NCBI RefSeq assembly: GCF_004010195.1
Contig: NC_057718.1
Coordinates: 26,825,631 to 26,889,630 of the forward strand
Reading direction: 5' to 3'
Length of the DNA: 64,000 nt
Source of the DNA: Chiloscyllium plagiosum
Taxonomy: Eukaryota
The number at the start of each line of letters is the position of its first letter. Position 1 is the stretch's first letter. The notes under the pieces were generated by a model. The model saw only the letters and a list, made by a program, of their open reading frames with translations. It was not told the origin of the DNA and did no database searches. A program made the translations under genes and the position numbers. Shown here piece after piece: positions 55,042 through 64,000 of the stretch.

Positions 55042-56218
55042 CAGGTAATCCTCTGATAACACGCGTTCCGGCAGCATGATTTGCTTATGACGTCACTGAG
55101 GAATTAAGGAAAGGTATTTTTTGAGAACGCTTGCCTATGTTCTCAATGCACGTTTCCAGCTGTGATCGTTTCGCGCGCTTCCTTCTGCGCATCTGCCAAT
55201 GGCTGCGCCGAGGTCTCTACACCGTTCTGTTCATGTGCCGATGTCATGCTAGTCTTCATGCCGTACTCCGCACGTGCCAGTACCAGCGCCAGGCTTCGTG
55301 CCATTCTACACATGCGCCAATGTCAGGGGCTGACAGAGCACTTTCTGTGAGGGGTATTGTACAGAGAGCAGCTTCCTGTGAAGGGTACACTACTCCTAAA
55401 TAATCTCTTTTTTGAAAAAAATGGAGGGGCATTGTGACAAGAATGTTAGCAAGTAGCATCCTAGTAATAAAATTGTGAGTGGTGAACGCAAAAGAAAGTG
55501 TATAACACTGAAAGCGAAGCTAGATATTATAAAACATTCTGACCATAAGGAGAGAATATATGATATATCTCGCTTAACAGGAATGAAGGAGTCTACCTTA
55601 TGCACCATGATGACCCTCTGTCCCTGCATTTTTTTTAATGTACTCTGTTAAATTTACTTTTGTTTCATTGATAAATAAGATTTATATCTTCATTCAGGCT
55701 GCCCCAGATTTTGTGTTAGACGTTTGGGTGATTTTTGAGCCATCATAAGTGATATTTTTGCTGGTCTGCCCTTAACCCCAAAATCCAGAGGGGCATGTTT
55801 AGGATAAATAGACAAGGTCTTTTCCCTGGGGTAGGGGTGTCCAGAACTAGAAGTTTAGGGTGAGAGGGGAAAGATTTAAAAGGGACCCAAGGGGCAACAT
55901 TTTCACACAGAGGGTGATGCGTGTATGAAATGAGCTGCCCGAGGAAGTGATGGAGGCTGGTACAATTGTAACATTTAAAAGACGTCTGGATGGGTAGATG
56001 AAAAGGAAGGGTTCAGAGGGACATGGGCCAAGTGCTGGCAAATGGGACTAGATTAGGTTAGGATATCTGGTCAGCATGCACAGTCGGACCTAAGGGTCTG
56101 TGTTTCCATGCTGTATATCTCTATGACTTGTCCCATAGGCCCCATTATTTAAATTATGCGATTTTCTATTAAGCGAGGTTTCCCTGGAGCAACGACGGCG
56201 TAAGAGGAGAACTACCTG
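55042..56218 (+). mobile_element. Tigger/pogo (Tc1/mariner) internally deleted DNA transposon with TA TSD; CR1 3' end inserted at about 55786-56128
   Basis: TA|caggtaatcctc ... ggagaactacctg|TA. About 55480-55610 translates to GERKRKCITLKAKLDIIKHSDHKERIYDISRLTGMKESTLCT, a CENP-B/psq-type HTH. Confidence 0.85.
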
Positions 56219-56676
56219 TACTCTACATCTGTTGTCACAAATACGTCAAAACATGTAAGGACAGCACATCGCCTTTTCTAAAGAATATCAGGGAACCCAA
56301 AAGATTTTATTGCACTCCAGTATCTGCATGTTCACTACTACCGGTAATAGCTTAATTCCACATCTATTTACTCAACTGAATTTAAATTCCTCCAGTTGTG
56401 GGATGTGAACTCGCCTCCGAATCATTGGTTCAGCCCTCAGGATTACGATCCATCTATAAAACCACTAAACCAGCCAAATCCCTAAGCGATCATACACCTG
56501 ATGGGTTCTGTTAACATCGGACAACGGATTGTATTACGTTTATCGCAGGTTTCAAATATCCGTTCAACACTGACCAAAAATAAACAAAACATGTACGACA
56601 TGTCCGACCATTAAAATATATCGTCACCCAGCAATTTAAGCAGCTTAAAGACTGCGAATGATAAACATTGCCTTAC

Positions 56677-56830
56677 CCTGTGAAGAGTGCCGGTTTACCC
56701 AGTGCCGATGATCAGAATTCAGCGCTCGGTGCTGAGGGCTGTGACAGATTCTGTACCGAGTAACATGATCGCTGCAGTGATGCCAGGGGCAAATAACAGG
56801 GCCCCAACTCGCGCTCTGACTCCTCCACGG
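56677..56830 (-). other. Putative non-coding first exon of the minus-strand gene
   Basis: Donor CAGG|gtaagg at 56677; start position estimated from the NRF1-like site. Confidence 0.55.
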
Positions 56831-56869
56831 GACGGAGGTGGGCCGACACCAGTGCGCAGGCGCCGCCTC

Positions 56870-56949
56870 GAGCGGCCTAGCTCGAACTCGGTTAGGGCTG
56901 CTACAGTATTTGAAATGGGAGCAGTTTAACTGACCAGGGGCCGCGTAAG
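56870..56949 (+). other. Putative first exon of a divergent plus-strand transcript
   Basis: Overlapping donors CGC|gtaagg (56945) and AAG|gtgagg (56950). Confidence 0.45.
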
Positions 56950-57622
56950 GTGAGGGCATGAATGGTGACAATAATTACTGTGTAACTGTAAACTAGTGGC
57001 TCACAATTCGGATATTTGTGTATGAAATTCAGGCTGACACTTTAGGGCAGATATCGAGGAAGAATAGTCTGTTCTGTCTCTGTCCTGTGCATCGAAAAGC
57101 CGGTTTGCCAATATTTAACTTCAGCCAGTATCAGCAAAAACGATACTATGTCATTGATTTGGTGCGTGGGACCCTGCGGTGCACAAATTGATTGTATTGC
57201 ATGGATACTAAGCTGGTATTACGAAGATACTTCGTATTTTGACTTGCCCTGAAGTTGTAAAAGCAGGTTAGTTTTGTAATTGGTTTATTGAACGATCTTT
57301 GTGGTGGCAGGTGCCGAATTGTGATGACAATACGCATAAAACAAGTAGTCATAATTCATTCTCATTAAAATCAAAAAATACATAATAGGTTTCAAACTTG
57401 TGATAATTTCAGCATACAAATAATATGTATTGCAAAATGTATTAAAGTTCATAAGTTGTCAAATTGAGTTCTCAATCATTTTCATACTATTTGAAATCAT
57501 TAAAGTAGCGAATTGGATTATCTCTATTAGGTCGACGTCTTGTTTGTGGAATGACGCTTTTTTAAATCCTTTCATCGCACAGTTATTTTCGTGTGGTTGT
57601 GGCAAGGGTCAGTCGTAATATG

Positions 57623-57803
57623 CTGAAAATGTGTTGCTGGAAAAGCGCAGCAGGTCAGGCAGCATCCAAGGAGCAGGAATCCTGAAGAAGGGCTCATGCC
57701 CGAAACGTCGATTCTCCTGCTCCTTGGATGCTGCCTGACCTGCTGCGCTTTTCCAGCAACACATTTTCAGGTCTGATCTCCAGCATCTGCAGTCCTCACT
57801 TTC
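57623..57803 (+). mobile_element. Young fold-back PLE-derived element; 14-bp TSD; perfect 56-bp inverted arms
   Basis: TSD tcagtcgtaatatg at 57609-57622 and 57804-57817; arms 57623-57678 and 57715-57770; 33-nt unpaired 3' tail. Confidence 0.95.
57679..57712 (+). ncRNA. Minimal type I hammerhead ribozyme with intact core
   Basis: atc-CTGAAGA-a-GGGC-tcat-GCCC-GAAACGTC-gat: stem I atc/gat, 4-bp stem II, palindromic ACGU stem III, predicted cleavage after C57709. Confidence 0.8.
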
Positions 57804-58179
57804 TCAGTCGTAATATGGGAAATTCTAAACTTTTCTCGCGACGTTCAGACAGCTTTTTCACCTTTTCAGCAAAGGAACACATGAACAACTCGTTATGTTA
57901 GAACAGCTTTGGCATGCTCTACTTAGAATATTGTGTATAAAGGGCATGTGAATGCACAAGCGTGTTAAATAAGAAACTGAGCAGACCTGGCATTATCAGT
58001 GAAGAGAAGCAGTTTCGAGTCCAGTGATCTCCAGAACTCATAGCTGCCAGAAAAACGTTGTGTTTTTGCTGATGGGGAAGGGATGTGGAGGAATGAAGAG
58101 CAGATGGAGAGAGAAGGCCAGAGAGAGAAAGGGTGACAGGGTAGGCAGAGGAAGGGATAGATAATAATAGGGTATATGA

Positions 58180-59600
58180 GTAGAGTTATACAGCACGGAA
58201 ACAGATCTTTGAATCCAACCAGTCCATGCCAAACATAATCTCAAACTAAACTGGTCCTATGTACCTGTTCCTGGCCCATATCCCTCCAAACTTCCTATTT
58301 ATGTGCCTATCCAAATGTCTTTTAAACATTGTAATTGAACCTGCATCCACCACTCCTCAGGAAGTTCATTCCCACAGGAACCTTCCTCTTAAAAAAAAAC
58401 TTTTCCTGGTGTTGTTTTTAAAACATCCAAGTCTATTTCTCTGCATTCTCTAGACTCCATTTCTTTCTCCACCTTAAAAACTGACATGAAATATCCATTT
58501 AGAATCTTTCCCATGTCCTGGGGTTCAACATATATTTTCACTGGATGATTTTTCAGAAATAGCTTCTCTAGTTACAGCAGTTATATATTCTTTAAACAAA
58601 AACACCATCCCCACCTCCCCCGACCCACTGCCAGCCTTGTCCATGTCTCACCCAAATTTCTGTAATAGCTAGGATGTCCCAATCCCATGTTCTTAAACAT
58701 GCCAAGTTCATCACCCTTATCTAGAAGACCCCTTGCATTGAAATAAATGCAGTTTAGTTCTTCAGAGTTACTACAAATTCTGATTCTGTCTAGTCTTTCT
58801 TTCCTAACTGATATGTTGTCCTCACATTCAGAAAACTGTTATTTGGAATTCTTCCAATCCACCTCTCCATCAGTATAAAGTCTCTCTTAATGGAACGAGC
58901 AATTCTCCCTGCTAAGATTTTTGTTCCTTTCCAGTTGAGGTTAGACCCATCTTTTTTGAAAAGGCCTATCCCAAAAGACATTCCAGTTGTCCAAAAAACT
59001 GAATCCCTGAACAATAGCCTTCAGCCATTGATTTATCTCCTTTATCCTTTTTGTTCATTCCTCGTTCGAGTTGGCATTTGGAATAAACCAGACATTAAAA
59101 AAAACCTTTAAAAGTAGTAATCTTCTACCTAACCTCTTAAATTCACTCCATACTGCTTTAATCTGTCCCTAAAAATATCTTTCCTATCAATGTGTACAAT
59201 AATTTCTGGCTTCTTAACCTCACTTTTAACAATATGCTTGAAAAGTTTTGATGTCCTTTAATCCTAGCTCCAGGAAAGCAACAAACCAACCTAAATTTAC
59301 ACTTCTGCCAGAGTTTCCTGTCTATTCCCCTGACAGGAGAGTCCACATAACAATAATTCTATTAAATATTGTCAAATGCTGCTTGACATAAAAATCATTC
59401 CAGGTGTCCAATTATTGACTGCCCTTTCAGTTTTCCTCAGAGAGACTACTCCCTTCAACAGCTCCAAAAACGTAATATCCATTTGATAGAGGAATAGCCG
59501 CCTGTGATGTTTGAATTATCTTCTTACCTTTCCTGACTGTCTGATTGATTCTGCTGTATAATCACTTTTTAAATCTACTAGCCATCTCACTCTGTACTTC
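58180..59600 (-). mobile_element. Old, heavily deleted CR1 (3' end plus ORF1 region)
   Basis: ORFs 58790-59014 (FKKDGSNLNWKGTKILAGR) and 59158-59346 (DSPVRGIDR..CCFPGARIK). Confidence 0.8.
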
Positions 59601-59982
59601 ATGCGTGCCTTAATAACATTAAGCCTAAAAAAATTCAATAACAGCTGATATAGAAACAAAATTACCTTTCATTATCTACAGAAAATGTTAAAATGGAAAA
59701 ACTTAAATATTTATATCAAACATATAAAACTGAAATAAAATCAACCACTTAGCTAATTAACTGGAAAAAAAAGACTCTTCTTTAATAAATTCCAAAGAAA
59801 AAAACTCCTCCAGAGCCAAGCATTTGTAGGACTCCCCAGAATAAAAACACAACTGTTTATTTTATTAAGAAGAGCTGTTTGCAAAAGTTTTTTTTTGAAA
59901 ATCCAATGTTAAAAAAACTCCCTTTAAAACAGGTTTTTTAGACTTCTGAATTCAGACTAAAATGGGGTATGTGGAACATTTC

Positions 59983-60701
59983 TTGATTTGCAGACGTTTC
60001 GTCCCCTGTCCAGTTGACATCTTAAGTGCTTTGGAGCGTTCGGTCAAGCGCTACTGTACTGCTGTTCTTTACAGGAGGCTCCAAAGCACTGAAGATGTCA
60101 CCTAGACAGGGGACAAAAACATCTGCAAATCAACTTCCCAGCTCAGAAAACGGAAGGGTCAGTCAATAATTGGACACCTGGAATGATTCAAAGTCTGTGA
60201 GAAGATTTGTAGCTCGGGTGCTCGTTGTTGTGGTTCTGTTCGCCGAGCTGGGAATTTGTGTTGAAGCTTCACAGGAGGCTCCCTTCGCCGTGCTGGGAAT
60301 TTGTGTTGCAGACGTTTCGTCCCCTGTCTAGGTGACATCCTCAGTGCTTGGGAGCCTCCTGTGAAGCGCTTCTGTGATGTTTCCTCCAGCATTTATAGTG
60401 GTTTGACCACGAAACGTCTGCAACACAAATTCCCAGCTCGGCGAACAGAACCACAACAACGAGCACCCGAGCTACAAATCTTCTCACAGACTTTGAATCA
60501 TTCCAGGAGTCCAATTATTGACTGACCCTTCCGTTTTCTGAGCTGGGAAGTTGATTTGCAGATGTTTTTGTCCCCTGTCTAGGTGACATCTTCAGTGCTT
60601 TGGAGCCTCCTGTAAAGAACAGCAGTACAGTAGCGCTTGACCGAACGCTCCAAAGCACTTAAGATGTCAACTGGACAGGGGACAAAACGTCTGCAAATCA
60701 A
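59983..60701. repeat. Long inverted repeat: 281-bp arms (59983-60263 and 60421-60701), 157-bp spacer, built from Penelope pLTRs
   Basis: The arms are reverse complements with 2 mismatches by my alignment; each arm has its own internal hairpin. Confidence 0.95.
60308..60347 (-). ncRNA. Minimal type I hammerhead ribozyme with intact core (second family)
   Basis: Minus strand gca-CTGAGGA-t-GTC...GAC-GAAACGTC-tgc. Confidence 0.75.
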
Positions 60702-60719
60702 CTTACTTGGCAAACATAT

Positions 60720-61365
60720 CCACAACTATGAAAATGGGTTAGCAGTACTGAAAGCAATACATCTGGGCTGGTGCAGAGGAATGGACATGAAAGAAGGTGT
60801 TAATACTTACATTGTTAAACTCCATGTTGGGTCACACACATTGTAAGATACAGCCATATTGTCCAAACGAAAGATGAGGTGCTGTTCATGCAGGGCAGCA
60901 GGCAATATATTGGCAATGGGAATATGGCAGTATGATGAAGTGACAAGCAACTGAAAGCTCTGGATCACTTTTACGGACAGACTTTGAGAGACTGCTTTGT
61001 GGAACACCTATCTGTAGAGTAGAGCATTGTTAGCAGTGAATACAGTAGACTAAATTGAATGAAGTACTGGTAATTTGCTAGTTCACCTGGAAGATATGTC
61101 TGGGACCGTGGTTGATGAAGAGGGATGTGGTAAATAAACAATTGTTTCACCACCTACAATTGCTTGGAAAGGTGCCATGGGGCTATGGTGAGGACTTAGG
61201 AGTGGAGGAAGGTATGCTAGAGAAAATGGTCCCTGTAGAATGCTGAGAAGGAAGTGGATGGAAATGTGTCTGCTGGTGGCAGAAACAGCAGGTTATGATC
61301 TTGTGGATGTGGAGATCAGTGACGTGAAAAGTGAGGACAAGGGGAATCTATCATTAGGGGAAGGA
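60720..61365 (-). mobile_element. Old degenerate Neptune-type PLE (RT end and GIY-YIG)
   Basis: ORF 60807-61007 HEQHLIFRL; similarity to 48.4-49.1 kb on the opposite strand. Confidence 0.7.
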
Positions 61366-61368
61366 AGA

Positions 61369-61587
61369 GATTAGATTAGATTAGATTAGATTCAATTTAG
61401 TATGGCCAATTCACCTGACCTGCACATCTTTGGACTGTGGGAGGAAACCGGAGCACCCGGAGGAAACCCACGCAGACACGGGGAGAATGTGCAAACTCCA
61501 CACAGTCAGTCGCCTGAGTCGGGAATTGAACCCGGGTCTCTGGCGCTGTGAGGCAGCAGTGCTAACCACTGTGCCACCGTGCCGCCC
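61369..61587 (-). mobile_element. HE1/V-SINE with internal deletion
   Basis: Intact tRNA-like head and core joined directly to an (aatct)n tail. Confidence 0.93.
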
Positions 61588-62020
61588 AAATGTCGGAAAT
61601 GTTGGACATAGCTAAGGGCCTTGTCAACCATGGTAGTGGGGAATTCCTAGTTAAGGAAGAAGGTAGACATTTGAGGACCTCCTGCAGTGTTAAGTAAGGT
61701 TGGTGAACTGCAGTTGCCAGTAGGTGCATATCAATGTGAAATTCTGATAGTAACAAGAGACAAGCCAAATAGGAAGGACTGCAGATTTAAATATTTCTGG
61801 ACACAAGGGCCCAAGTTTTCCGATGGCCAGGTAGTAATTATTCTAATTTAGATTGGATTTGTGTATGGGGATCCTGTAGATTCCCCTTTGTAGTAGACAA
61901 TGAAGATATTGCCCAAGAAATTTAAATTTCCCCAGTCAATTCCCCTATTCGTAGAACTATCTGAAAGTCTCAATTTAAATCAGAGAATTTGGAGAGTTAT
62001 GTTGAAATTAGTTAATAGTT

Positions 62021-62150
62021 ATCCAGGAAAATTTAGACTATTAAATACATAGTCTAACTCCTCAGTAACTAATCAACTGACCCCATACTTACTTCACACA
62101 TCCAGGAAAGTTTAGACTATTAAATACATAGTCTAACTCCTCCGTGACTA
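62021..62150. repeat. 51-bp direct repeat pair (62021-62071 and 62100-62150), each with a 9-bp hairpin
   Basis: ttagactat-taaatac-atagtctaa in both copies. Confidence 0.9.
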
Positions 62151-63356
62151 TTTCAATGAAAGGGATGATGGAGAAAAAGAAAATAGGTTGATAAAAAGAC
62201 AAGTAGAGAACCAAACTATGGATTCAAAGTGTAAATGCAAATTACAGAATCACCAGCAACAACTGAAAAAAACTGAGGCAAGAAAGACAGCATTTTGCAT
62301 GATCTAAAATTATTGATCTCATGTTTGAGTACAGAAATCTGTAAATTGCTGAGTTGAAAGATGATGTACTGTTCCTTGAGCTTATGCTGAGTTACATATC
62401 AACAATGTAGGAGGCCAAGAAGGAAGCAGCGTCATGACTCACTAGGAAGCACACTGGAAATCAAGCCCCACTATTCCCAGATTTGTCACAAAAATTAAAC
62501 ATTTTCAAATGGATACATGCAATTCCCCTAATTGTCAGACTTGTGTTGATAGAAAGTGTGGACCAGGTTTCTGTCCTCTGCGCACAATTTTTAAAAAGCA
62601 TATAAATGACTTCACAGCAGATAAAGGGCAGGTAATACATCTCCTCCACATGCTTGGTAAGATGTTATGGTAATCAGAGGGAATGTTTGATGAGCAGGCA
62701 ATTCCTTGCAAAATGAATAATCCCTTTATAATGCTGAAAAAGGATGGAAAAAATGGATGTGTTGCTGTGGGATCAGAGGTGGCATAGCAATAATGTCATT
62801 GAGCTTCAGATGACACAGATATTGTTTATGTATCCAGTCCCTCAGAAACTCAACTCCAACACACTGAAATTTGCTTCTCTGAAGCATTAATAGTGTTCGC
62901 AGCATAGGAGACAAAGTATTATAATTAAAATGGTTGCCAATGAGCTAAGAAGTGCACTTAATGCATGCCCATTCTTTCACTAATTACATCAGATGACAAG
63001 AACATGGATTGAGAAGTTACATTTCACTCAATGGCAGTTATGCCAAATTTTAAGACTGGATAATGTAAACAAACTTAGCTAGTCTTGTGATTTTCCACCT
63101 TAAATTCTCTCCCTCTATTGTATAGTGTTAGATCTGGCAGTAAGATGTTCAACTTGCGCTACCTTCAATCCTGAGGGTAGCAAGATCCCCAAGCAAAAAA
63201 TGAGGTGCTGTTTCAGTACAAGCTAAGTTACTCAAAGAGCAAGAGTGCATTCTAAAACATAATAAAATAAAAATATTCAACATTTCATCATTTCTAAAAA
63301 GAGACAATCTAACCACCACCCCTTGACATTCAATGCTGTTACATCACTGAATCCCC

Positions 63357-63590
63357 CAGAGACCTAAGGAGCAACTTTTTCACATGGAAGGTATGGCATA
63401 TGTGGAATGAGTTGCCAGAGGTGGTGGTGGAGGCTGATACAATTACAACATTTAAAAGGCATCTGGATGAGTAGATGAATAGGAAAGATTTAGAGGGATA
63501 TGAGCCAAATAGGTCTAGATTAATTTAGGATATTTGGTCAACATGGAAAGAAGGATCTGTTTCCATGCTGTATATATCTATGACTCTATA
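63357..63590 (+). mobile_element. CR1 3' end
   Basis: agagacctaaggagcaactttttcaca...ctatgactctat. Confidence 0.9.
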
Positions 63591-64000
63591 ACTGATCCTA
63601 TACTCACTTCACACACCCCAACTACACCAGCCCAGACCATTTACACTTCCCATATACTCACACTCGCCATACACACCTGCCCTGTTCCAGACAAGATCCC
63701 CACCCCACTCTAGAGAAAGCTCAAGAGCAGACACATTTTACCAGCTGCAGAACTGCTCCCATCCTTCCCCCACCCTGGAGCCAAACGGACCATTCATCCT
63801 GACTCCCTTTCCCCTATTCGGAGGCTGATGTTCCACTCCCTCCTCCCCCCGGCCACTTCATTTCATGGTTGCCAACCCCACACCCCCCCCCCCACCACGT
63901 CCAACTGTCACCCCAGTATAGAAACGAATTCTTCCCAACCCCGATATACCCTCTCCAGACTGAAATCCATTCCCTTGCTCTGGACTCAACCCACTCTTTT

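Larger units (their letters stand above)
56640..56960. promoter_or_regulatory. CpG-rich, probably bidirectional promoter with NRF1-like site
   Basis: About 21 CpG in 320 bp against a CpG-poor background; TGCGCAGGCGCC at 56853-56864; outward-facing splice donors on both strands. Confidence 0.7.

Noticed and set aside
56645..56971. 108-aa minus-strand and 80-aa plus-strand ORFs over the CpG cluster
   Set aside because: GC-rich promoter DNA yields chance ORFs; they run through splice donors and resemble no protein I recognise.

Overview
Vertebrate genomic DNA, almost certainly from a cartilaginous fish and probably a carpet shark, judged by HE1/V-SINEs, SacSINE1-type SINEs and HER1/CR1 LINEs. 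Families were recognised by eye, not by database search, and repeat boundaries are approximate. Most of the window is nested transposon debris: many CR1 LINEs (two near full length), a second LINE family, Penelope-like elements (PLEs, including a 4 kb RT + GIY-YIG insertion), a Tigger/pogo element and Harbinger fossils. Host-gene signal is sparse. There is a CpG-rich, probably bidirectional promoter at about 56.7-56.95 kb, one clean 150-bp minus-strand coding exon (2089-2238) and a candidate TATA-driven alternative first exon near 16.3-16.5 kb; I cannot name the gene. The most striking unexplained structure is a set of short (120-200 bp) non-coding insertions with 10-17 bp target-site duplications. 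They carry minimal hammerhead-ribozyme cores (CUGANGA...GAAACGUC), and several fold back so that the ribozyme caps a long hairpin. A near-perfect 281-bp-arm palindrome at 60 kb is built from related ribozyme-bearing Penelope termini. One assembly gap lies at 32165-32328.
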